Shown here: positions 19,472-28,881 of the stretch, in pieces | Layout of the letters: each line of letters opens with the position of its first letter | Numbering within the stretch: position 1 is the stretch's first letter | Assembly: GCA_021163295.1 (NCBI GenBank) | Contig: JAGGXD010000213.1 | Location: 1-50,221, forward strand | Reading direction: 5' to 3' | Origin: Bacteroidales bacterium | GTDB taxonomy: Bacteria > Bacteroidota > Bacteroidia > Bacteroidales > VadinHA17 | Length of the DNA: 50,221 bases | The notes under the pieces: generated by a model | Database searches by the model: none | The model's input: the letters and a program-made list of their open reading frames with translations, nothing else | What the model was told of the DNA's origin: nothing | Position numbers and translations under genes: made by a program

Positions 19472-20878
19472 ATGAAAAACGTATTTATGATTTATATGGT
19501 GGCTATTTTTTCGCTTACAATTTCTTGTAATAGAGAATCAAAAGAAAGAAATGAAATGAAAAATAGTGTAAATCAATTTAAGGGAGATAATGGAGAGGTG
19601 GTTTTAATGATCCTGGATCCCGGTCATTTTCATGCGAGCCTTGTTCAAAAGGTAATGTATCCCCAAATTGATCCGACTGTATATGTTTTTGGACCCGAAG
19701 GTCCTGATGTTCAGGATTACTTGAATAGAATAGAGAGATATAATAACAGGGATAATGAACCAACCGAATGGTATGAAAAAGTTTTTATAGGTCCTGACTA
19801 TTTTAATCAAATGATTCTTCAGAAACCGGGAAATGTGGTTATACTCTCGGGCAATAATAGTATTAAAACAGATTATATTCTGAATTCGGTTAAAGCCGGT
19901 CTTAATGTGCTGGCAGATAAGCCCATGATTATTTTTCCGGAAGACTTTTTGAAACTGGAGCAAGCATTTGAAGTTGCTGAAGAAAAAGGAGTTTTATTGT
20001 ATGATATTATGACTGAGCGCCATGAGATTACTTCAATTTTACAGCGGAAACTCTCAGGAATTCCTGAAATATTTGGACAGATAAACCATGGATCTCCTGA
20101 AAACCCGGCAATTACAAAGGAGAGCGTTCACCACTTTTTTAAATATGTATCAGGAAAACCATTAAAACGACCACCCTGGTTCTTTGATACCGGTCAGCAA
20201 GGGGATGGACTTGTTGATGTAACTACTCACCTTGTTGATTTGATTCAGTGGGAATGTTATCCTGAAGAGATCATTAAAAAAGACGATATAGAAATAAACA
20301 AATCAACTCATTGGTCTACTTCACTGACCGCTGGAGAATTTCAGGAAGTTACAGGTATTGGTGAATTTCCCGGATACCTGGAAAAAGATATCGATGAAGG
20401 AAATCTGCTGGTGGATGCCAATGGCGAGATAATATACAGGATCAGGGATATCTGGGCAAAAGTGAAGGTTGAATGGAATTTTAAGGCACCTGAAGGAGGA
20501 GGAGATACTCATTATTCCATTATGAAAGGAACATTGGCAAATCTAATCATTCAGCAGGGAGAAAAAGAAAATTATCGTCCGGAATTGTATATTGAACTTA
20601 TCGGGGATGTTGACTCAGGAGAGTTTGAAAAGAAATTAAAAGAAGCTGTGAAACATGATATTGCAAAAGAAGGATTACAGGTAGTGAAGGAAGATGATAA
20701 GAGATGGAGAATTGAGATTCCGGATAAATACCGTGTCGGACACGAAGCGCATTTTGGACAAGTTACCGGTAAATTTCTTGAATATCTTGTTGATGGAAAA
20801 CTCCCTGCCTGGGAAGTCCCAAATATGATAACAAAGTATTATACTACTACGGAGGCACTGAAGATGGCAAAGAAGTAG
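19472..20878 (+). CDS. Putative oxidoreductase lipoprotein (Gfo-like with Oxidoreduct_C-type C-terminus)
   Basis: TISC lipobox; LDPGHFHA, ADKPM, DIMTER, DVTTHLVDL and GHEAHF motifs; start moved to ATG 19472. Confidence 0.75.
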   Translation: MKNVFMIYMVAIFSLTISCNRESKERNEMKNSVNQFKGDNGEVVLMILDPGHFHASLVQKVMYPQIDPTVYVFGPEGPDVQDYLNRIERYNNRDNEPTEWYEKVFIGPDYFNQMILQKPGNVVILSGNNSIKTDYILNSVKAGLNVLADKPMIIFPEDFLKLEQAFEVAEEKGVLLYDIMTERHEITSILQRKLSGIPEIFGQINHGSPENPAITKESVHHFFKYVSGKPLKRPPWFFDTGQQGDGLVDVTTHLVDLIQWECYPEEIIKKDDIEINKSTHWSTSLTAGEFQEVTGIGEFPGYLEKDIDEGNLLVDANGEIIYRIRDIWAKVKVEWNFKAPEGGGDTHYSIMKGTLANLIIQQGEKENYRPELYIELIGDVDSGEFEKKLKEAVKHDIAKEGLQVVKEDDKRWRIEIPDKYRVGHEAHFGQVTGKFLEYLVDGKLPAWEVPNMITKYYTTTEALKMAKK

Positions 20879-20879
20879 G

Positions 20880-23093
20880 TTACTCTACGATATCGGGTAT
20901 TTCAAGATTGGTCATTTCTTTGGTAACATTGAAGTCATATTCAGGATACTCATACAGCGACATTCTTTCTTCTGTTTCGCCGATAGAGTATCCGTAAAGG
21001 TCTTGATATTCTGAGATATCTTCACCCATTTCTTTCAGTTGTTCCAAATATACTCTTATTGCTTTGGATTCGATAATTATTACTTTCCCCATTTTATGGA
21101 TAATAGGGCTATGATTTCTGGTTGGATCATGATTGAATTCTAAAATTCTCCGTCCATACCGGGTAATGCCAATTGTTCTGAACGTAAGGCTCTTACCAAC
21201 GCCCGGAAGATTAAGCACATTTCTGTCTGTTGCCAGGAACGGTATGTTACATTCTTCTTTGATTTTTGCAATTTGATTTATTATTTCTTTTGGATTAGAT
21301 GGGAGTTTTGCTATTGTTTCGCAATATTGGTGAGGTATTTTCCCGGCAACTTTTTCTTCTATTTGTTCCTGCAGAGCTCTTGAATTAGTAGCAAAACTAT
21401 GATAATTTTCCATATAGCCCTTTACGGAAAATGTATAATATGAAAGAACTCCAAGCTCGTTAAGTACTTTTCTGAGTTTATTTGTATGTCCTCTTCTTGA
21501 AGATGCTGTAATGAATACAGTTTGGTTGGTTACTATCCACCCGGCTTCAATCAATGTATTGATCGCCTTTTTTGCCATGAGTGTTATCTCCATGGCAGAT
21601 TCAAAATGGGTTTGAATAACAAATTGTTTAATGCCGATTTTGGAAGCCTTCTCTTTAAAATCAGCCAGTACTTTTTTTAATTTTTTGTCTATTCGCATTG
21701 GCAGATATACAGGAAGTCGGGTTCCTAGTCTGACCTTGATTATTTCAGCATACTTTTTACCTTCAGGACGTTTTTTATTAGCTTCCTTTTTTCTGACAGC
21801 CATATTGTAAACGCCATCAAGTAGATCTTTTAGCGACTGATCTGAAGCCATTAAGGCATCACCACCTGTAATAAGAATATCTCGAAGCTGGGAATCGTTT
21901 TCAAAGTATTGTAATAATTCTTCCTGCTTATCTTTCCATTTTTTCCTGGGTTTTAATTTATCAAGATCAAAATTCAGATACCCGGTTTGAAAATCGAACA
22001 TTCTCTGACATGAAGAACATAGTCCGCCACATGCCCGTCCCATTGTATCCGGGATAAGGATAGCGACTTCTGGATATCTGCGGTGTATGTTATATTCGTT
22101 AGGTAATAACCAACCGGCAGCATTAGGTTTACCGGGTTTAACAACATCTTCTTTTTCCCATGCAATAATATGACCAAATTCCTTAACAAGATACTTGCTA
22201 TAAATTACATAGTCGCGCAAAGCAAGATCAGAACCTATTGCTGAGGTTGGAACCCTGATATTTAGAAGTGAGATATAATATGGGTTGACGAAAAAGGGAA
22301 TACCCTGATCTCGTGCATCATATAGAATCTTCATGGTATCAGGATCAATAGAGAATTCCAGCATTTCGTTTAGCATGTCGGGATCTCTGACTGCAAACCT
22401 GAGATGAAACATTTTATCATTCCACCATTCCAGACATTGATAATATTTCTGTTCCCGTGACAGTCCTTCTATAAAATGGTATTTCCTGCTATTTATCTTT
22501 CCTTCATCAATCTTATTTATAATTATCCAGATTATCCGGTCACGGTTTTCTTCCCTGAGACGAATAATTTCAGGATCAAGTCCGGAAGGATGTCTATCCA
22601 TCCACTCTCGTATTTTCTCTTGTGTTGGTAATTCTCTTGTCTCTTTTCCAGAAAATTGCCTGAAAAGATGGATCATGTCATGAAAGAAATATGACTTTGC
22701 TCCTCCTTTTCCGTAATGAAATGCCAGCCAGGTAAGTTTAAACGGATCACTTACCGAAATATCTTCATGCAGGTTTAAATCTTTATATTCTTTTCCGGCA
22801 TTATCAATATAATCAAGTATTCTGATCGCGGCAAAGTCTTGCCAGGTTAGCTTTTCAAAATCTTTTCTTCCATTCCCATTTACCCCATTCCGGTAATACT
22901 TCATGGCTACCGGATGAGATTTTAATATATCGATTGCCCATTTTTTTATTGGTCTGGTAACATCATTTATTGTTTCTGAGTTCAGGATGATTTTTTTAAG
23001 CTCCGGGTTCTCATCCATGAGTTGTAGTAATAACCGATGAGATTCAGCATTGATTTTTATTTTTTCAAGTTTTTCTATTTCAGTCATTAACAA
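20880..23093 (-). CDS. Long-form KamA family radical SAM protein
   Basis: IHRRYP, CGGLCSSCQR (CxxxCxxC), DILITGGDALM, RLGTRLPV, QTHFE, NQ and NLPGVGK. Confidence 0.85.
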   Translation of the reverse strand: MLMTEIEKLEKIKINAESHRLLLQLMDENPELKKIILNSETINDVTRPIKKWAIDILKSHPVAMKYYRNGVNGNGRKDFEKLTWQDFAAIRILDYIDNAGKEYKDLNLHEDISVSDPFKLTWLAFHYGKGGAKSYFFHDMIHLFRQFSGKETRELPTQEKIREWMDRHPSGLDPEIIRLREENRDRIIWIIINKIDEGKINSRKYHFIEGLSREQKYYQCLEWWNDKMFHLRFAVRDPDMLNEMLEFSIDPDTMKILYDARDQGIPFFVNPYYISLLNIRVPTSAIGSDLALRDYVIYSKYLVKEFGHIIAWEKEDVVKPGKPNAAGWLLPNEYNIHRRYPEVAILIPDTMGRACGGLCSSCQRMFDFQTGYLNFDLDKLKPRKKWKDKQEELLQYFENDSQLRDILITGGDALMASDQSLKDLLDGVYNMAVRKKEANKKRPEGKKYAEIIKVRLGTRLPVYLPMRIDKKLKKVLADFKEKASKIGIKQFVIQTHFESAMEITLMAKKAINTLIEAGWIVTNQTVFITASSRRGHTNKLRKVLNELGVLSYYTFSVKGYMENYHSFATNSRALQEQIEEKVAGKIPHQYCETIAKLPSNPKEIINQIAKIKEECNIPFLATDRNVLNLPGVGKSLTFRTIGITRYGRRILEFNHDPTRNHSPIIHKMGKVIIIESKAIRVYLEQLKEMGEDISEYQDLYGYSIGETEERMSLYEYPEYDFNVTKEMTNLEIPDIVE

Positions 23094-23170
23094 TCCTTTT
23101 TGGTCTCTTTTCTGTTGTAAATATCACCCAATAGAAGGGGTCTAAAGATATACTCAAATTTTTAGCAAAG

Positions 23171-23202
23171 CAAAGATACAAAAAAAAATAATTCAGTCCA
23201 AA
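23171..23202 (-). promoter_or_regulatory. Bacteroidota primary-sigma promoter for the KamA-like gene
   Basis: Minus strand reads TTTG-N20-TATCTTTG, matching the -33/-7 consensus. Confidence 0.65.
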
Positions 23203-23329
23203 AAAGCTGATAATAAGATTGTTACGGATTGGTATTTTTGTAATTATTAAGGGAAAAACAGGCTTTTGTTTCGTTATTCTCAAGGAGTTAGCAACAGATT
23301 GTGTTGCTTTTGGCAGTTCCGTTACGTTA

Positions 23330-23396
23330 TTCGCCGATTGTTTTCTGTATTTCACCGATTTTCCGTTTTTAGTTAAAAACATTTAATATATTTTTG
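23330..23396 (+). promoter_or_regulatory. Candidate LytTR direct-repeat operator plus -7 element
   Basis: TTCGCCGATT (23330) and TTCACCGATT (23351) have a 21-bp period; TATTTTTG lies at 23389-23396. Confidence 0.55.
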
Positions 23397-23444
23397 AAAT
23401 GAAATTTTAAGAAATCATTTTTTTATTGACAAAAACTAATTATT

Positions 23445-24137
23445 ATGACACATGAAAAAAGTAACAAACGTGCAATATTAGGAGTAATTCTTGTTCTGAT
23501 AGGTGCATTCCTGGTAATTGACAATTTTGACTTCTTCCCATACACAATCCGGAATATTTTCTTCTCATGGGAGATGATACTGATCGTTCTTGGTGTAATC
23601 CTTCTTGCGTCAAGAGAGAATAAAACTACAGGTATTGTACTTCTTCTTATTGGAGGATTTTTCCTTGTCCCTGATGTATTACATATACCATATGAGTTCA
23701 GGAGGATATTCTGGCCAATGATATTTATTTTTATTGGGTTGGCTATCCTTTTCCGTAGAGGCGGACATCGAAATTTGCAAACGTCAGGTAGTCAGGATTA
23801 TATTGATGAATTATCGATTTTTGGAGGCAGCGAAAGGTTAATTACTTCAAAAGATTTTAAAGGAGGAAAGGTAACTTATATTTTTGGAGGTTCTACATTA
23901 AATCTTACTCAGTCTGAATTGGCTATGGGAAAAAATATTATTGATGTGTTTACAATATTTGGAGGCGGAAAGTTTATTGTTCCAAGAGATTGGGATGTAA
24001 CAGTAGAAGTGACTTCTGTTTTCGGAGGATTCTCTGATAAACGACTCACCGACCCGCGTATTGTTTATGACCCCGGTAAGCAGCTTGTAATAAAAGGTCT
24101 TGTTATTTTTGGGGGTGGGGAAATTCAAAGTTTTTAA
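23445..24137 (+). CDS. LiaF-like membrane protein (4 TM helices plus DUF2154-type domain)
   Basis: Four hydrophobic helices followed by repeated IFGG/VFGG motifs. Confidence 0.8.
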   Translation: MTHEKSNKRAILGVILVLIGAFLVIDNFDFFPYTIRNIFFSWEMILIVLGVILLASRENKTTGIVLLLIGGFFLVPDVLHIPYEFRRIFWPMIFIFIGLAILFRRGGHRNLQTSGSQDYIDELSIFGGSERLITSKDFKGGKVTYIFGGSTLNLTQSELAMGKNIIDVFTIFGGGKFIVPRDWDVTVEVTSVFGGFSDKRLTDPRIVYDPGKQLVIKGLVIFGGGEIQSF

Positions 24138-24140
24138 ACA

Positions 24141-25196
24141 ATGATGCATCCAATAACAGGAAAAAGAATCACACTACTTGTTTATATTGCAGCATGGGTA
24201 CTTATATTTGGTGTCCATGCTGTTTTTATTTATCGCATAAAGGAGTTCTCATTTGATGTGGTATTATTTGATAGTTTGGTTTATAACGGCTTATTTTTAC
24301 TGATTGGACTTGGGATATGGTATCCTGTCAGATTTCTTAATACACTTGGATCTACACGGTTTTCTTTTGTACTTAATCACCTTGCTATAGTAGTTGTATG
24401 CCTGCTTTCCTGGACATTTCTCAGTGAATATATATTAAGCTCATTCTGGAATGATAAAAAATCTTATCTGATATTTCTGGATGAAGCACGCTATTATCGA
24501 CTTGTTGCCGGTGTATTCTATTATTTTATTATATTACTTATATACTATTTGATTACTTATTATTCTGATCTTGAAAAAAAATCAAAGCAGGAGGCTGAAC
24601 TTCAGGCACTTATCAAAGAATCAGAACTAACTCTTTTGAAGTCTCAACTCAATCCTCATTTCCTTTTTAACAGCTTGAATTCAATAAGTTCTCTAACTAT
24701 AACCAATCCGGAAAAGGCAAGGGATATGGTTGTGAAACTTTCAGAATTTCTTAGATATGCTATCGATAAAAACCAGAGAGATATGACTTTACTTGAGGAT
24801 GAATTGAATAATATTGAGTTATACCTGGATATCGAGAAAATTCGTTTTGGTGATAGATTAATATTTGAAAAACAGATGGATAAGAAATGCAATGGGGTTC
24901 TTGTCCCCAATATGATTTTACAACCTCTCTTTGAGAATGCAGTTAAACATGGTGTTTACGAAAGTTCAGATCCTGTATTTATCCGGCTTGAGTGTCAAAT
25001 GAAAAAGGATTTTTATACTTTAACAGTTATCAATAACTTTGATCCGGAAATACCTGCAAGAAAAGGCAGAGGAGTTGGTTTGAAAAATGTAAGTAAAAGG
25101 CTGCAACTAAACTATAGCAGGAACGATTTACTTTATACAAGCAAAACTGAAAACGAATTTATTGTACGAATTAGCATTCCTGTAGAATCAAAATAA
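24141..25196 (+). CDS. LytS/YehU-type sensor histidine kinase
   Basis: TM helices; LKSQLNPHFLFNSLNSI; LQPLFENAVKHG; GVGLKNV. Confidence 0.93.
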   Translation: MMHPITGKRITLLVYIAAWVLIFGVHAVFIYRIKEFSFDVVLFDSLVYNGLFLLIGLGIWYPVRFLNTLGSTRFSFVLNHLAIVVVCLLSWTFLSEYILSSFWNDKKSYLIFLDEARYYRLVAGVFYYFIILLIYYLITYYSDLEKKSKQEAELQALIKESELTLLKSQLNPHFLFNSLNSISSLTITNPEKARDMVVKLSEFLRYAIDKNQRDMTLLEDELNNIELYLDIEKIRFGDRLIFEKQMDKKCNGVLVPNMILQPLFENAVKHGVYESSDPVFIRLECQMKKDFYTLTVINNFDPEIPARKGRGVGLKNVSKRLQLNYSRNDLLYTSKTENEFIVRISIPVESK

Positions 25197-25213
25197 CCTG
25201 TTAATAAATTGCC

Positions 25214-25963
25214 ATGATAATCAATGCAGTAATTGTTGAAGATGAAAAGCCTGCCCGTGATCTGGTTAGAAGTTATCTGAAGCCTTTTAGAAATATTGAG
25301 ATAAAAGCAGAATATGCAGATGGCTTTACCGGGACTAAAGGAATTAATAAGATAAAGCCACATCTGGTTTTTCTGGATGTCCAAATGCCAAAAATCTCTG
25401 GTTTTGAGTTGCTTGAGTTACTTGATTTTCAACCTGAAATTATTTTCACAACGGCTTATGATCAATATGCACTGAAAGCTTTTGAAATGAATGCGATTGA
25501 TTACCTCCTTAAGCCTTTTTCAAAAAGCAGGTTTGAAGAGGCAGTAAAGCGGGCAATAAACAGAATTATTACCAGTGAAAAACAGGACGATATTGATAAG
25601 AAAAGTGTTTTATTTAAAAAGGGAACAGGGGAGACAATTGACCGGATTGTGGTGAAATCAGGAAGCACCATAAATGTTATCCCTGTTGATGATATAATTT
25701 ATTTAGAAGCCCAGGATGATTATGTAATGGTTTATACTCAGGGAGACAGGTTTCTTAAGCAGCAAACAATGAAATTTTTTGAAGAGAGCCTCCCTGGTAA
25801 CCAATTTATCAGGGTGCACCGGTCGTTTATTGTCAGAATAGATAAAATAAACAAGCTAGAACAGTATGGTAAAGAATCATATAAGGTAATTATAAATAAT
25901 AACCAGTCAATACCTGTCAGCCGGAGCGGATACTCCAAATTAAAAGAAAAACTGGGACTGTAG
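25214..25963 (+). CDS. LytTR-family response regulator
   Basis: VEDE, FLDVQMP, TTAYDQYA and DYLLKP in the receiver domain; FIRVHRSFIV and IPVSR in the LytTR domain. Confidence 0.95.
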   Translation: MIINAVIVEDEKPARDLVRSYLKPFRNIEIKAEYADGFTGTKGINKIKPHLVFLDVQMPKISGFELLELLDFQPEIIFTTAYDQYALKAFEMNAIDYLLKPFSKSRFEEAVKRAINRIITSEKQDDIDKKSVLFKKGTGETIDRIVVKSGSTINVIPVDDIIYLEAQDDYVMVYTQGDRFLKQQTMKFFEESLPGNQFIRVHRSFIVRIDKINKLEQYGKESYKVIINNNQSIPVSRSGYSKLKEKLGL

Positions 25964-25975
25964 GAGCTATGTCCT

Positions 25976-27601
25976 TTATTGAATTGGTTCCCAGTCTGCG
26001 AAATATTCGACTACTACATTTGTTTTTGGATCAGTTACGATAAACTCGTTTGAGTTATAGGTCCAGCCCATTGTTTCCGAATCGCCTCCGCTTTGGGTTG
26101 TTATTAGAAATCTGTTAGCCAGTCCTCCGATATATAGTGCCTGATCTCTTGGTTGACTTTTGTCTCCTCCACTTGGATCGACAGGGATCCATCCGTAGTT
26201 CGGGAGATAAATTTCTACCCATCTGTGGAAAACATCATCCATACTTGCATTATCGCCACGAATTACAACCGAACCTACATAGCGTGCAGGAATACCGGCA
26301 ACCCGGCACATGGATATAAAAACAAATGAATATTCAGAACAAGAGCCATTTCCACGGGCTAAAACAGCAGGAGCAGTATTCCATCCACCTTCCATTTTGT
26401 AATACATATTATCGATAATATAGTTAAAAATATTCCTGATTATCCAATACGGGTTTTCTTCATTTTCTACAGCCTTTTTCACAGCATTTTGAATAGTTGG
26501 GTGGTTAAGCTGGTACTTTTCATTATTTTGCAGATATAGGGTTGATATTTCTTTAGGAATTTCTTCCAGAGTGCCAACCTGATCGGGAAAAATGAAATAT
26601 CTTACTTCCCATAATTTTGTGGTTGTAACCATATGTATAGTTTTCGATTCGCCGGCTTTTAAATTCTTTAGTTCATAATGAGCTGTTGATTGATTCCATT
26701 TATCAATAACAACATTTGTATAACCCGGATTATACTTAATTTCACCGGTAATTTCCTGTGTTAACCGGTTAGATGGTATAGCCAAATGGATATCTGCTTT
26801 CTTGACTTCTCCTGGTCCATAATTGGTTATTTGATATGTGTAATCAATTTTTTCTTTGCGCATATTAGTTCTAACATATTTCTCTCCGTCATTCACTTTG
26901 AGCTTATAAAACATATCCTCCTGCGAATCTGTTGCCCATAAATTATTTCCGATCCATGCAAGTCCACGGGCAAATTGTCCCGGAGCATCAGCAATTATAA
27001 TTACCGAACCATCCGAAGGATCTACCATATAAATTTCATCCCGTCTTCTGTCAGAAACCCATAGATACTTTCCGTCATAAGTCAAACCTCTCGAATCTGT
27101 TGAGGGAGCATTGATAGAGCGAATGGTTGTACCATCGTCGGGATCGAATTGTATAATTTTCCCCCCGCTTTCATCAATACACCAAAGATATTCCCCATCC
27201 CATGTTAATCCTCTGGGTCTGTTGGTTGGTGCAATTACTGAATGTAGAATTGTCCCATTTTCCGGATCTATCTTGTAAATCTTCCCATTGTAATTTTCTG
27301 CAAGAGGAATTCCACCTTTAATATCAGCATTCCAGAGATATTTACCATCCCAGGCTAATCCTGTTGGCCAATAACCCGGAGATGGTATTGAACGGATGAT
27401 CTTTCCGTTTTGTGGATCTATTTGAAACAACAAATCTGCCTGCCTGTCAGCCATCCATAAATATTTCCCATCAAAAGTGAGGCCGGTAGCATGATTACCG
27501 GGATTCTTAAACGAGTCAATCACTTCTCCGGTATAGGCAAAAGCATTAGCTCCAAATAAGACAATAAGCAAAACCATTAAATTTCTTTTTCTTTTAATCA
27601 T
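25976..27601 (-). CDS. Secreted beta-propeller plus transglutaminase-like domain protein
   Basis: Signal peptide; five GLxW/F/YDGxYLW-type blades; catalytic triad GSCSEY, FHRW, PVDP. Confidence 0.85.
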   Translation of the reverse strand: MIKRKRNLMVLLIVLFGANAFAYTGEVIDSFKNPGNHATGLTFDGKYLWMADRQADLLFQIDPQNGKIIRSIPSPGYWPTGLAWDGKYLWNADIKGGIPLAENYNGKIYKIDPENGTILHSVIAPTNRPRGLTWDGEYLWCIDESGGKIIQFDPDDGTTIRSINAPSTDSRGLTYDGKYLWVSDRRRDEIYMVDPSDGSVIIIADAPGQFARGLAWIGNNLWATDSQEDMFYKLKVNDGEKYVRTNMRKEKIDYTYQITNYGPGEVKKADIHLAIPSNRLTQEITGEIKYNPGYTNVVIDKWNQSTAHYELKNLKAGESKTIHMVTTTKLWEVRYFIFPDQVGTLEEIPKEISTLYLQNNEKYQLNHPTIQNAVKKAVENEENPYWIIRNIFNYIIDNMYYKMEGGWNTAPAVLARGNGSCSEYSFVFISMCRVAGIPARYVGSVVIRGDNASMDDVFHRWVEIYLPNYGWIPVDPSGGDKSQPRDQALYIGGLANRFLITTQSGGDSETMGWTYNSNEFIVTDPKTNVVVEYFADWEPIQ

Positions 27602-27709
27602 AATTCTTAGATGTTTGATTAAAACCAATATTTTAAAAATATAAAATTATGAAAATAATTGATTGATAAAAAATTGTATAATTAATATGACCCGTAACAC
27701 GTAGTAATT

Positions 27710-27741
27710 ATTCAATCATTTATGCATTTACTCATTTAATC
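27710..27741. repeat. 8-mer tandem repeat (4 units)
   Basis: ATTCAATC ATTTATGC ATTTACTC ATTTAATC. Confidence 0.5.
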
Positions 27742-27781
27742 ATTATTTTTGTAACTTTATAGTGAATAAAATTTAATCGTT

Positions 27782-28030
27782 ATGCTTAAATGGTTTAGAA
27801 AAAACGGTTCCCGTAGACCGGGTAGTAAACTAAGAATGGCTGATTTGGACGGTAACGTTCTTAACGAAGGGGATATGGTAGAATCACTGAGATATAACCT
27901 TGGGAAATGTAAGTTATTAAAGACAGATAATGGTTACGAGTATGAGTCTGTCAGCAGCGGCGAAAAAGTGAGTTGGGCAAAAATGGTGGATGCCGCGACT
28001 GAAAATCAAAAAGTGCGGAAAATTGAATAG
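27782..28030 (+). CDS. Small hypothetical protein
   Basis: 82-aa ORF co-oriented with the downstream genes; DLDGNVLNEGDMV motif. Confidence 0.65.
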   Translation: MLKWFRKNGSRRPGSKLRMADLDGNVLNEGDMVESLRYNLGKCKLLKTDNGYEYESVSSGEKVSWAKMVDAATENQKVRKIE

Positions 28031-28037
28031 TTAATTA

Positions 28038-28805
28038 ATGATAAAAACTGATGCTATGCAACCAAAATTATTTGCTAATTTATTTGTTACTCTGTTGTTT
28101 ATGTTAATAGTTTTTCCATTTTCCTGCGATGCTCAAACAGAGTTTGAGAAAGATATATTCGAAACCTCCGCTGGTGATCTGGAAATCACATTTATTGGTC
28201 ATGCAACGCTAATGTTTCGCATCAATGATAAAGTGATCCATATTGATCCTGTTATGCGTGAAGCGAATTATGCATTAATGCCTGACGCTGATCTTATCTG
28301 TGTAACTCATGAACATGGTGATCATCTTGATAAAAAAGCTATTAGTGAGATTTGGAAAGAAAACACTGAATTAATTCTTAATCAGAATTCTTTTAACAAG
28401 ATCGGTAAAGGGAAAGTTCTTGCGAATGGTGATACATGGGAATGGGAGGGGTTTCCGATAAAAGCTGTTCCTGCTTATAATGTGGAAAACAGGCGTCCCA
28501 GCGGTGAACCATTTCATCCGGAAGGGGTTGGTAATGGATATGTATTCACGTTCGGTGATATTAAAGTTTATGTTGCCGGTGATACCGAGAATATTCCGGA
28601 AATGAAAAGCCTGGAAAATATTGATATCGCATTTCTTCCAATGAATCTTCCTTATACAATGACACCCGAGATGGTAGCTAAGGCAGCCGGGTTATTCAAA
28701 CCCAAAATACTATATCCTTATCACTATGGTAAAACAGACCCTGAAAAACTTATCCCTCTGTTGAAAAATGAAAATATTGAGGTAAGGATAAGGGCCATGC
28801 AGTAA
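28038..28805 (+). CDS. MBL-fold metallo-hydrolase (UlaG/Lactamase_B_3-like), secreted
   Basis: GHA, IDP, THEHGDH, AGDT and PYHY motifs. Confidence 0.9.
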   Translation: MIKTDAMQPKLFANLFVTLLFMLIVFPFSCDAQTEFEKDIFETSAGDLEITFIGHATLMFRINDKVIHIDPVMREANYALMPDADLICVTHEHGDHLDKKAISEIWKENTELILNQNSFNKIGKGKVLANGDTWEWEGFPIKAVPAYNVENRRPSGEPFHPEGVGNGYVFTFGDIKVYVAGDTENIPEMKSLENIDIAFLPMNLPYTMTPEMVAKAAGLFKPKILYPYHYGKTDPEKLIPLLKNENIEVRIRAMQ

Positions 28806-28824
28806 AAGCAATAATATGAACCGA

Positions 28825-28843
28825 ACCCCGATAAAATCGGGGT
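28825..28843. repeat. Short GC-rich palindrome (REP-like)
   Basis: ACCCCGAT-AAA-ATCGGGGT between co-oriented genes, with no T tail. Confidence 0.5.
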
Positions 28844-28881
28844 GAGCTACATGTGACCGTTGAAAATTAAATTGTAAACAC

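Noticed and set aside
23080-23382. 100-aa minus-strand ORF
   Set aside because: It covers the divergent promoters and LytTR repeats and has no recognisable motif.
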